NCBI GenBank assembly: GCA_018672235.1
Contig: JABHGE010000015.1
Span: 1-13,442, forward strand
Origin: Fidelibacterota bacterium
GTDB taxonomy: Bacteria; Fidelibacterota; Marinisomatia; Marinisomatales; Marinisomataceae
Length of the DNA: 13,442 nt
Direction: 5' to 3'
How positions within the stretch are numbered: position 1 is the first letter of the stretch; every line of letters starts with the position of its first letter. Shown one piece after another: positions 1 to 7,709 of the stretch. The notes below the pieces were generated by a model. That model was not told where the DNA came from. It did not search any database and was given only the letters and a program-made list of their open reading frames with translations. A program made the position numbers and the translations under genes.

Positions 1-264
1 ACCAGCTCCCCAATAAGGGCTATTATGATTTGGGACTCCAGTTGTCTCTACAACAACATAATCTCCAGAAATATATACATCGGTATAACCTTCAAAGAAT
101 TTTGCGAATCCCATAGGTAGGTCAGTATTATTACCGCCGCCATTATTATTACCGCCTGTTCCAGTACCATCTGAATTATTATTAGTACTAGATGTGCCCA
201 TTGTAGTTGAAGCATCACAAGCCATTAAAGCCATCATACATAAAATTAAAATTTTGTTTTTCAT
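1..264 (-). CDS. Lipoprotein, probable YHYH-domain protein (5' part; runs off the window start)
   Basis: Not in the ORF track; translated by hand from ATG at 264: MKNKILILCMMALMAC-DASTTMGTSSTNNNSDGTGTGGNNNGGGNNTDLPMGFAKFFEGYTDVYISGDYVVVETTGVPNHNSPYWGAG. It has a lipobox-like LMAC, a Gly/Asn/Ser linker and a 'TTGVPNH.SPYW' segment resembling the N-terminus of YHYH proteins. SD-like AAGGA lies just upstream. The YHYH motif itself is outside the window. Confidence 0.7.
   Translation of the reverse strand, partial: MKNKILILCMMALMACDASTTMGTSSTNNNSDGTGTGGNNNGGGNNTDLPMGFAKFFEGYTDVYISGDYVVVETTGVPNHNSPYWGAG
127..156. repeat. 12-bp direct repeat ATTATTACCGCC (127-138, 145-156) encoding GGNN units of a low-complexity lipoprotein linker
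   Basis: Read directly from the sequence; lies within the coding linker GTGGNNNGGGNNT. Confidence 0.6.
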
Positions 265-299
265 ATAAATCCTTATCCCCCGTTACAATTACTTCCTTA

Positions 300-328
300 A
301 TTATAGAAATATTCTATGACAATTTAAA
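300..328 (-). promoter_or_regulatory. Putative sigma70 promoter for the YHYH-like lipoprotein, overlapped by a short palindrome
   Basis: Minus strand reads TTTAAA (328-323), 17-nt spacer, TATAAT (305-300). Inverted repeat ATAGAA-ATA-TTCTAT at 303-317. The AT-rich background lowers significance. Confidence 0.35.
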
Positions 329-335
329 GCAGAAT

Positions 336-905
336 CTATGCACCCATTAATGGAGTAGTTGGTGCAATAGCATTCTCAGCAACTCCGACAAAGAAAGAGG
401 TAAATAGTATAAATAGAGTTAATGCAATTAACATTACTATAAATGCAACAATACAGACCCCTACTGCTCGTATGGTAGAATTAAAGTCTAATGCTTGTCT
501 TATGGCTACTGTCATAGCAGCTAACTGTAACATTACAACTAAAGGATCTATAAAGAATCCAATCAATGGAATAAATTTAAATATTACTAATAGCCCTGGA
601 GCATAAGCAAAACCTAAGGTACGTAACAACTCTCCCGTATCAGATTCCGTTTCAGGTTCTGGCAATATTTTTGTTCCAACAAACGCAATAAAGAATGCCC
701 ATATAAACCATCTAATAATGCTTCCTAGTACCCCTTGAGCCAATGCAATAGGTGCAGTAATTCCAGCTACAACAAACCCTTGTACAATAGCAACTAAAGC
801 TACTGTCATCATTGCTTGTCTCGTTAAAGACTTATCAGCTTCAACAGATTCGTAGAATTCAACATTAAGCGTAATAGCTTTATATAATCTTTCAGCATAA
901 CTCAT
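336..905 (-). CDS. Yip1-family membrane protein
   Basis: 189 aa with about 5 hydrophobic segments. Motifs 'FYESVEAD..LTRQA', 'ELLRTLGFAYAPG' and 'VAIRQALDF...RAV' are typical of bacterial Yip1-domain proteins. Start overlaps the upstream stop (ATGA). Confidence 0.8.
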   Translation of the reverse strand: MSYAERLYKAITLNVEFYESVEADKSLTRQAMMTVALVAIVQGFVVAGITAPIALAQGVLGSIIRWFIWAFFIAFVGTKILPEPETESDTGELLRTLGFAYAPGLLVIFKFIPLIGFFIDPLVVMLQLAAMTVAIRQALDFNSTIRAVGVCIVAFIVMLIALTLFILFTSFFVGVAENAIAPTTPLMGA

Positions 906-1090
906 TTTTTCTTCTCCTTATAAAATAAGATTAATGTCAATGCGGTTGATATAAATATTAACCATCCAATAATAATATGTTCTAAAAAAGTTTGATTAGT
1001 ATCAGTCATATAGTATATAAAATCATTTAGAATAAATACCAATACTCCCGTTACTCCGAACACTAATAATATATTTTTAATAGAGTTCAT
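902..1090 (-). CDS. Small two-TM hypothetical membrane protein
   Basis: 62 aa, two hydrophobic helices and a basic C-terminus (KEKKK). Fills the gap between queF (5 bp away) and Yip1 (4-bp overlap). Confidence 0.75.
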   Translation of the reverse strand: MNSIKNILLVFGVTGVLVFILNDFIYYMTDTNQTFLEHIIIGWLIFISTALTLILFYKEKKK

Positions 1091-1095
1091 TCTAT

Positions 1096-1482
1096 TTATA
1101 AGGATCCTTCAATGCAAGTAGTATTAAATCCACCTCTTGTATTATAAATAGTAGTAATTTTTATTTTAGATGTCTCCAAAAGCTTACTAAGATCATCAAA
1201 TATACGCTTGGTAGCTGCTTCTTGATAAATACCAACATTTCTAAAGCTAACAAAATAATATTTTAACGATTTTAACTCTACACACTTTCCTCCTTCAGGA
1301 AAATATTCAATAATTACATCTGCTAAATCTGGAAGTCCACTAAAAGGACATACTGCGCTAAATTCTCTAGTTTTAGTAACGATATATTGTTTTTTACTAT
1401 CAAACGGAAACGTTTCAAGAAAATCAGGGTTAATATGATCTTCGTTATCAAATGTAAATTCTTTTCCTTGTGCTTTTGCCAT
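1096..1482 (-). CDS. queF: NADPH-dependent 7-cyano-7-deazaguanine reductase (preQ1 synthase), unimodular type
   Basis: Catalytic '[13 protein letters not shown]', QueF motif 'ELKSLKYY', C-terminal 'RGG'; located in the queCED operon. Confidence 0.95.
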   Translation of the reverse strand: MAKAQGKEFTFDNEDHINPDFLETFPFDSKKQYIVTKTREFSAVCPFSGLPDLADVIIEYFPEGGKCVELKSLKYYFVSFRNVGIYQEAATKRIFDDLSKLLETSKIKITTIYNTRGGFNTTCIEGSL

Positions 1483-1484
1483 AA

Positions 1485-1847
1485 TTAGTCTCCTCTATAT
1501 GTACATGAATAGTTAGGACCTTCACTCACGGTTACTCCACTTAGTCCAGATAATTGTGGTTTTAATTTTTTCCAAATCCATGCCGCAATATGTTCTGTGG
1601 TAGGATTAGAAAGCCCTGCAATATCATTTAAATACTTATGATCTAATAATTTATATATTTCTTCTTTATAAATTGTATCAATATCAAAAAAATCGATTAC
1701 CCAACCTTTTGATCGGTCTATATCGCCACTGAGCTCAATCACTAGAGAAAAAGTATGGCCATGTAATTGAGAGCATGGGTGATCTAAATCTAGTAGTGTT
1801 AATTTACGTGCAGCATGAAATTCATATCTTCTTGTTAATTCAAACAT
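1485..1847 (-). CDS. queD: 6-carboxy-5,6,7,8-tetrahydropterin synthase
   Basis: 'HPCSQLHGH', 'GWVIDF', '[15 protein letters not shown]', 'V.V.E' and terminal 'YRGD' align with E. coli-type QueD; operon context. Confidence 0.92.
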   Translation of the reverse strand: MFELTRRYEFHAARKLTLLDLDHPCSQLHGHTFSLVIELSGDIDRSKGWVIDFFDIDTIYKEEIYKLLDHKYLNDIAGLSNPTTEHIAAWIWKKLKPQLSGLSGVTVSEGPNYSCTYRGD

Positions 1848-1848
1848 A

Positions 1849-2481
1849 TTATCTTATTCCTATTATTTTGTGTGTTTGTAAACTTAATCGCCATAGCGGA
1901 TTTTCGATACAATAAGATACACATTCCAAGATATTTTTTTGTAAATCTTTTCCATCCATAGGCTGCACACAGAAATGCGTAAAATCTAATGCTTCAAATT
2001 GCTCAGGTTGAAAATCTATTTGAGGATAAACGAGTTTTAATTCATCTCCTTTTAATAGTACAAGTTTTGCATTCTTTTTGGGACTGACGCAAACCCAATC
2101 AATATTCTTTGGAGGTAACATTGTTCCATTTGTCTCAATAGCGATCTTAAATCCTTTTTTATGTAGTTCGTCAATTAATATTTGATCTAATTGGAGCAAT
2201 GGTTCTCCTCCAGTAAATACTATAAATTTTTCATCTAATTCTTTTGGCCAACACTCTTCAATTTTTTCAATTAAATCATGGCAGGATGCATATTTAGCTC
2301 CATTTTCTCCATCGATTCCAAAAAAGTCTGTATCACAAAAAGTACATGTTGCTTTACTACGATCTTCTTCTCTACCTGTCCATAAATTACAGCCAGAAAA
2401 ACGACAGAAAATAGCTTCTTTTCCTGTTTGAAAACCCTCTCCCTGGATCGTAAAATAGATCTCTTTAATACTATAACTCAT
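1849..2481 (-). CDS. queE: 7-carboxy-7-deazaguanine synthase (radical SAM, CX14CX2C type)
   Basis: '[12 protein letters not shown]', '[23 protein letters not shown]', 'TGGEPLLQ', 'IETNGT', 'VSPK', 'WRLSLQTHK'. Confidence 0.96.
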   Translation of the reverse strand: MSYSIKEIYFTIQGEGFQTGKEAIFCRFSGCNLWTGREEDRSKATCTFCDTDFFGIDGENGAKYASCHDLIEKIEECWPKELDEKFIVFTGGEPLLQLDQILIDELHKKGFKIAIETNGTMLPPKNIDWVCVSPKKNAKLVLLKGDELKLVYPQIDFQPEQFEALDFTHFCVQPMDGKDLQKNILECVSYCIENPLWRLSLQTHKIIGIR

Positions 2482-3158
2482 TGATACAATGTTGGGTCTG
2501 GAATGTTAGACATATTAAATCCTTTTCTTCTTAAGATGCAGGCATCACATTCTCCGCAAGCTAGTCCTAAACTAGATGGATCGTAACAAGAATGAGTCTC
2601 CTTATAAGAAACTCCTAACTGACTGCCTTTTAAGATAATTTCTGACTTAGTCATATCAATCAGAGGTGTGTGAATAGTAATCTTTTGATCTCCTTGAGTA
2701 AATTTTGTCCCTAGGTTTGCCATATTCTGAAATGCACTTATATATTCAGGTCTGCAATCTGGATATCCACTATAATCCAATGCATTCACACCAATAAAAA
2801 TGTCATAAATATCATTTACTTCTGCATATGCTAATGCATAAGACAAAAAGATGGTGTTACGAACAGGTACGTAGGTGACAGGAATATCATTTCCGATATC
2901 TTGATTTTTGGGAACAGCAATATCGCTAGTTAAAGCGGAATGACCAAATTGTTCAAGATCTATAGTAATCGTTTTAAATGTATGTACAGCATTTTTCTTT
3001 GCAATTAACTCGGCAGATTCAAGCTCAAACTTATGTCTTTGTCCATAATCGAAAGATAGTGCATATATTTCAAACTCTTTTTTTGCAATAGCTAGTACTG
3101 TGGTCGAATCTAACCCTCCGCTTAAGAGTACGATACATTTTGATTTTGATAAACTCAT
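2478..3158 (-). CDS. queC: 7-cyano-7-deazaguanine synthase
   Basis: PP-loop 'LLSGGLDS', 'YGQRH', 'TYVPVRN', '[12 protein letters not shown]', Zn site 'SCY...CGECDAC'. Confidence 0.97.
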   Translation of the reverse strand: MSLSKSKCIVLLSGGLDSTTVLAIAKKEFEIYALSFDYGQRHKFELESAELIAKKNAVHTFKTITIDLEQFGHSALTSDIAVPKNQDIGNDIPVTYVPVRNTIFLSYALAYAEVNDIYDIFIGVNALDYSGYPDCRPEYISAFQNMANLGTKFTQGDQKITIHTPLIDMTKSEIILKGSQLGVSYKETHSCYDPSSLGLACGECDACILRRKGFNMSNIPDPTLYQ

Positions 3159-3161
3159 ATT

Positions 3162-4265
3162 CTAGCAGCTTTCAAGTGTTTCTTTGGCAAGCATATCAAC
3201 TACTTTTTTTAAATCTTTTGTTTCTTCATACATTTTTAATTGTCGATCTGCGCTGGTACCATTTTCTAGCATTGTATGAATATATTGAATCTCTTTTTCT
3301 GTTCCTAATTCTTGTGCGCTTTCTTTTACTATTTCAAGTAATTCATTAAATAATATCTTTGTATCTGTTTCTTTTACCGCGCCTAAATCAATCATTTTTC
3401 CATCAACGCCGTGTCGCATTGCTCTCCATTTATTCTCTGAAATAAGAGATTGTCTATAATTTCTCCAACTAATATTGCGTTCACGATTACGAATCATGGT
3501 TGCAGCAAGGGCTTGAATTAAAGCAGCAATTGCTATGACTTCATCTACCTTTGTTGTTGAGTCGCACATTCTAAACTCTAGTGTTGGAAATTTATCATGT
3601 GGCCTTATATCCCACCAAATTTTAGAGGGAGTATCGATAGAATTGGTTGTTATTAATTGATTGACAAATTCATCATATGATTTTGCGGAATCAAATGTTT
3701 CTGGTGGTCCTGTTCGCGGTAAATCTTCAAACACAATTCCTCGATATGATTTAAAGCCTGTATCTTGTCCCTGCCAAAAAGGCGAAGAGCTAGATAAGCT
3801 CATTATATGAGGAATAAAATATCTCATTTGATTCATTACATCTATTCTAAGATCTCTATCTGGGATACCTATGTGAACATGCATACCAAAAATCAATAAT
3901 CTTTTTGCCACATACTGCATACTATCATAAAGACCGTGATAACGTTCTTTATCTGTAAGAGCCTGATCCTTCCAATGTGAATAAGGATGTGTTCCTGCAG
4001 CAATAATTTTACAATTATTTTCTTCAGCATAATTTGATGCTAATCGCCTTAAGCGAATGATCTCATGCCTCATTTCTTTAATATTCTTACAAACCTTACT
4101 CGTTACCTCTAACTGTGACTTTAGAAACTCAGGAACGATACTATCTTTGATTAGCATTGCATCACGTTCTAAAAATTCAGCAATATAAGATGTCAGTTCA
4201 CCCGTTGCTGGATCGATGACTTGATATTCTTCTTCAATCCCAACTGTTAATTTTTTTATATCCAT
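3162..4265 (-). CDS. ybdK: Carboxylate-amine ligase, YbdK / glutamate-cysteine ligase family 2 (GCS2)
   Basis: 'LTVGIEEEYQVIDP', 'AAGTHP', 'FGMHVHIG', 'LSSSSPFW.G.DTG..SYR', 'IWWDIRPH.KFPTLEFR.CD', 'ENKWRA.R.G'. Start moved to ATG 4265 (MDIKKLTVG, 367 aa) because the 4340 start overlaps the divergent gene. Confidence 0.9.
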   Translation of the reverse strand: MDIKKLTVGIEEEYQVIDPATGELTSYIAEFLERDAMLIKDSIVPEFLKSQLEVTSKVCKNIKEMRHEIIRLRRLASNYAEENNCKIIAAGTHPYSHWKDQALTDKERYHGLYDSMQYVAKRLLIFGMHVHIGIPDRDLRIDVMNQMRYFIPHIMSLSSSSPFWQGQDTGFKSYRGIVFEDLPRTGPPETFDSAKSYDEFVNQLITTNSIDTPSKIWWDIRPHDKFPTLEFRMCDSTTKVDEVIAIAALIQALAATMIRNRERNISWRNYRQSLISENKWRAMRHGVDGKMIDLGAVKETDTKILFNELLEIVKESAQELGTEKEIQYIHTMLENGTSADRQLKMYEETKDLKKVVDMLAKETLESC

Positions 4266-4324
4266 AACTATATCTAATTTAAAAAAAAATAGCTTATAAG
4301 ATTGATGATAAATAATTTTAACCA

Positions 4325-6229
4325 ATGCAATCAACTTCAATTATTATTTCAACATACAATAAACCTCATTTTCTAAAAAAGGTTTTAACAGGATATACCT
4401 GTCAGACATATAAAAATTTTGATATTATAATTGCTGACGATGGATCTAGAAAAGACACAAAAAATATTATAGGATATTTTAAGGATAACACTAGTCTTGA
4501 TATAAAACATATATGGCACGAGGATAAAGGATTTCAAAAAAGTGTTATACTTAATAAAGCAATTCAAGCAAGCAAAAGTGATTATCTTATATTCAGTGAT
4601 GGTGATTGTATTCCAAATCAATCATTCGTTCAAACACATATAGATTTAGCAGAGAAAAATTATTTTCTATCTGGAGGGCATTTTCCACTTAGCTCTTCCG
4701 TGTCTAACCTTATAACAGAAGATATAATTTTATCCCAGAAATGCTTTAATAAAGGATTTTTAATATCCAGTAGTCAAATATTATCTAAAAATTATTTGAA
4801 ATTATTGCAAACAAATCTATTAAGTAAATTTCTAGACCTAATAACCCCAACTAAATCTACATTTAATGGAAATAATTCTTCTGCATGGCGAAAAGATATC
4901 ATAAAGGTAGATGGCTTTGATGAACGTATGCAATATGGGGGACTAGATTGTGAATTAGGAGAAAGACTTAATAACATGGGCGTACAATCTAAGCAAATTC
5001 GTAATAGATCAGCTTGCCTACACCTCTACCATAATAGGCCTTATAAAAATAATATTTCTACGAAAAAAAATCGTCTTATCAGGCATGAGACGTATATTAA
5101 TAAAAGTATTCATACTTCATTCGGAATTAAGAATAAAGCTATAAAAAAAATACCCAATAAAAATTTATCAATCATTTTTGATGTTTCGCAGTTTTATTAC
5201 TTACCTCAATATCTTCCTGTTTATCATGAATTTTTGAAACGAAAGAAAGGCAGTGCAATGTTTGTCTTTTATCATGGGAAATTTGATACAATAATAAAAA
5301 ATATTATTAAATCAGAAAATCTAAGCCATATATGGGTAGAAAATAAAACGCAGGCTAGTAAATACTATCAAAACAAAAAAGCTGATTGGATATTTTTTGG
5401 CAATACATATCCTTTTCTTGATAAAATTCATCAAGTAAGTAAATCTATTCAACTTGGTCATGGTATTGGTCCAAAATCAAGCTATTATAGACAGTCGGAT
5501 ACTCCAACTACTGTAAGATTTGTAGAGGGAAAATATAGAAAGAATCGTCTAGAGAATATGCACCCTGATAATAATTTTGTAGATGTAGGTTTTTGTAAAC
5601 TAGATCCAATTCTTAATGGTGATATAACTGGATATGACTTAAGAGATTTAAACCTAGATCCAGAAAAAAAAACAATCGTATATGCTCCTACTTTTTATCC
5701 TAGCAGCATTGAAAGGTTTCCAAAAAACTTTCCTAAAGATTTGCAAGAATTTAATATAATAATTAAGCCGCATTATTTCTCGTTAATCAAAGAGAACTAC
5801 ACCAAACAACGCAAACTTTTTGATCATTGGTCTAAATATAACAATGTTTATCTGTCAAAATTTAATGACTATTCTCTTCTACCTTTTATGGTAACTGCTG
5901 ATTTAATGATAAGTGATACTTCATCTGCAATACTTGAATTTTCAGCTTTAAATAAGCCAGTTTTTATTTGCAAGTTTCTAAAGCTTAGATGGAATTATAG
6001 GGGAGTTTTTTCTTATCGATTAAAAAAAAGAATGGATACTGATTACAATTTTTATTCAAAATTTTCTTTTTTTTCACAATCATATTTTGACTTAATCAGC
6101 AGTATAAAAAATTTAGATTTAGATACCTTTTCATACAAAAAATCTCAAAAAGACTTTATAGAAAATATGATTGGGAGCTTAGATGGAAATTCCAGTAAAA
6201 GGATTGTTGATTACATAGAAATAAATTAG
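4325..6229 (+). CDS. Fusion of an N-terminal family 2 glycosyltransferase (GT-A) and a C-terminal CDP-glycerol glycerophosphotransferase (TagF-like) domain
   Basis: About aa 1-270: 'SIIISTYN', 'IADDGS', DXD 'FSDGDC', 'GFDERMQYGGLD'. About aa 283-634: 'GHGIGPK', 'VGFCKLD', 'IVYAPTF', 'IIKPH', 'ADLMISDTSSAILEF..LNKPV', 'DGNSSKRI'. Confidence 0.88.
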   Translation: MQSTSIIISTYNKPHFLKKVLTGYTCQTYKNFDIIIADDGSRKDTKNIIGYFKDNTSLDIKHIWHEDKGFQKSVILNKAIQASKSDYLIFSDGDCIPNQSFVQTHIDLAEKNYFLSGGHFPLSSSVSNLITEDIILSQKCFNKGFLISSSQILSKNYLKLLQTNLLSKFLDLITPTKSTFNGNNSSAWRKDIIKVDGFDERMQYGGLDCELGERLNNMGVQSKQIRNRSACLHLYHNRPYKNNISTKKNRLIRHETYINKSIHTSFGIKNKAIKKIPNKNLSIIFDVSQFYYLPQYLPVYHEFLKRKKGSAMFVFYHGKFDTIIKNIIKSENLSHIWVENKTQASKYYQNKKADWIFFGNTYPFLDKIHQVSKSIQLGHGIGPKSSYYRQSDTPTTVRFVEGKYRKNRLENMHPDNNFVDVGFCKLDPILNGDITGYDLRDLNLDPEKKTIVYAPTFYPSSIERFPKNFPKDLQEFNIIIKPHYFSLIKENYTKQRKLFDHWSKYNNVYLSKFNDYSLLPFMVTADLMISDTSSAILEFSALNKPVFICKFLKLRWNYRGVFSYRLKKRMDTDYNFYSKFSFFSQSYFDLISSIKNLDLDTFSYKKSQKDFIENMIGSLDGNSSKRIVDYIEIN

Positions 6230-6243
6230 TATATGTATTGTAT

Positions 6244-7587
6244 ATGAAAAAAATAATTACATATGGAACATTTGATCTTTTACATAATGGTCATGTTGCT
6301 TTGTTGAAGAAAGCCAAGAAACTTGGAGATTCTTTGATTGTTGGAGTAACTAGTGAGGAGTATGACAAAAATCGAGGAAAGTTAAATGTTTCCCAAACTC
6401 TTCATCAAAGAATCAAAAATATAGAGAAAACAGGTTTAGCAGATGAGATTATTATAGAAGAATATGATGGGCAAAAAATAGTTGATATTCAAAAAAATAA
6501 AGTTAATATTTTTGCAATCGGATCGGATTGGGAAGGAAAATTTGATTATTTAAAAGAGTATTGCAAAGTAAAATATCTTCCTCGAACAAAAGGTATTTCT
6601 AGTACTGATTTGAGAAATAATTTATCATTTGTTAATATAGGAATGATTGGTTATGGAAATATTGCAAAACGATTTTTAATTGAGAGTAAGTATGTAAGTA
6701 ATACAGAAATTACTGCTGTCTATGGAAAAAATTTTGAATCAGTTAACAAATTTGTAAGAGAACATGAGGTTAGATTTGCAGAAAAGAATTTTAATACATT
6801 TTTAGAAAATGTTGATGCAGTATATATTGCAACACCTCATGATTCTCACTTTGAATATGCTAAAAAATGCTTAAATGCCGGCAAGCATGTTTTGTGCGAA
6901 AAACCAATTACACTTTCTTTAAATCAAACTAAAGAGCTCATAAATATAGCCAAAGAAAATAATCTAGTTTTAATGGAAGCAGTTAAAACAGCTTTTTCTG
7001 ATGGCTTCACTAAAATGGTTTCATTATCTAAAAGTGGAATAATTGGCGATATAGTTCATTTAGATGCATCATTTACAAAGCTAATCTCCAATGAAAATAT
7101 AGTGAAGAGATATGGTAGTAAACTTTTAGGCGGATCTCATAATGAGTTAATGACCTATCCATTAATTGCAGCATGTAAAATCTTAGGTCACGATGTATTA
7201 GAGTATAAGAATTTGAGATACCACTACGATTCTAATATTGATATCTTTTCAAAACTTGAATTACAGTATCAAAAATCTACTGCAAACCTTTATGTTGGTA
7301 TTGGTGCTAAAAAAGAGGGTGATTTAGTTATAACCGGAACAAAAGGTTATATTTATTGTCGTGCACCCTGGTGGAAGACTTCACAGTTTGAAATCAAGTT
7401 CGAAAATAGTGCAAAAAATATAAAATATGAGCATAGTTTTTTGGGTGACGGACTTAGATATGAGATTGCCGAATTTATTTCATGTATAAATTCAAAAAAT
7501 AGTTTTTCATTTAAGCTGACTGATAAAGACATGTTATTTTTGACTCAATTTATTCAGTCAGATTATGATTCAATCAAACTAGATTAA
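6244..7587 (+). CDS. Fusion of a glycerol-3-phosphate cytidylyltransferase-like (TagD) domain and a Gfo/Idh/MocA oxidoreductase
   Basis: N-terminal 'MKKIITYGTFDLLHNGH' (HXGH), 'GSDWEGKFDYL', 'YLPRTKGISST'. Then Rossmann 'IGMIGYGNIA', 'DAVYIATPH..H', 'GKHVLCEKP'. ATG at 6244 preferred over TTG at 6238. Confidence 0.9.
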   Translation: MKKIITYGTFDLLHNGHVALLKKAKKLGDSLIVGVTSEEYDKNRGKLNVSQTLHQRIKNIEKTGLADEIIIEEYDGQKIVDIQKNKVNIFAIGSDWEGKFDYLKEYCKVKYLPRTKGISSTDLRNNLSFVNIGMIGYGNIAKRFLIESKYVSNTEITAVYGKNFESVNKFVREHEVRFAEKNFNTFLENVDAVYIATPHDSHFEYAKKCLNAGKHVLCEKPITLSLNQTKELINIAKENNLVLMEAVKTAFSDGFTKMVSLSKSGIIGDIVHLDASFTKLISNENIVKRYGSKLLGGSHNELMTYPLIAACKILGHDVLEYKNLRYHYDSNIDIFSKLELQYQKSTANLYVGIGAKKEGDLVITGTKGYIYCRAPWWKTSQFEIKFENSAKNIKYEHSFLGDGLRYEIAEFISCINSKNSFSFKLTDKDMLFLTQFIQSDYDSIKLD

Positions 7588-7709
7588 TGATTTCATATAC
7601 AGCTCATACTTCCAATACGATTTTGAAAAATATTTTATCTAAGATATAGCTAGAAAACTTATTGAGCATAACTAACACAATTACGGCAATTCTTTACTAA
7701 ATTTTTTAT

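Noticed and set aside
1096..3158. que genes as part of a dpd / phage 7-deazaguanine DNA-modification system
   Set aside because: No dpdA/tgt-like, dpdB-K, folE or phage genes in the window; housekeeping neighbours favour tRNA queuosine synthesis.
3140..3349. 69-aa plus-strand ORF
   Set aside because: Antisense shadow of queC/ybdK with no recognisable motifs.
4266..4324. Possible preQ1 riboswitch upstream of the que operon
   Set aside because: No preQ1-I stem-loop with a following A-rich tail on the minus strand, and only 3 bp separate ybdK from queC.
4266..4340. 25-aa N-terminal extension of the ligase in the ORF track
   Set aside because: Overlaps the divergent GT2 start and spans the intergenic A-tract; family similarity begins at MDIKKLTVG (4265).
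4385..4977. Minus-strand ORFs 4385..4621 and 4792..4977
   Set aside because: Fully antisense to the well-supported GT2 domain.
5063..6074. A8/A9/T8 homopolymers in the glycosyltransferase fusion as phase-variation tracts
   Set aside because: Runs of this length are expected in such AT-rich DNA, the frame is intact, and there are no poly-G/C tracts.
7604..7669. 21-aa minus-strand ORF (MLNKFSSYILDKIFFKIVLEV) in the intergenic gap
   Set aside because: Very short, no SD or recognisable feature, opposite to both neighbours; likely chance. No convincing terminator or ncRNA structure seen in 7588-7709 either.
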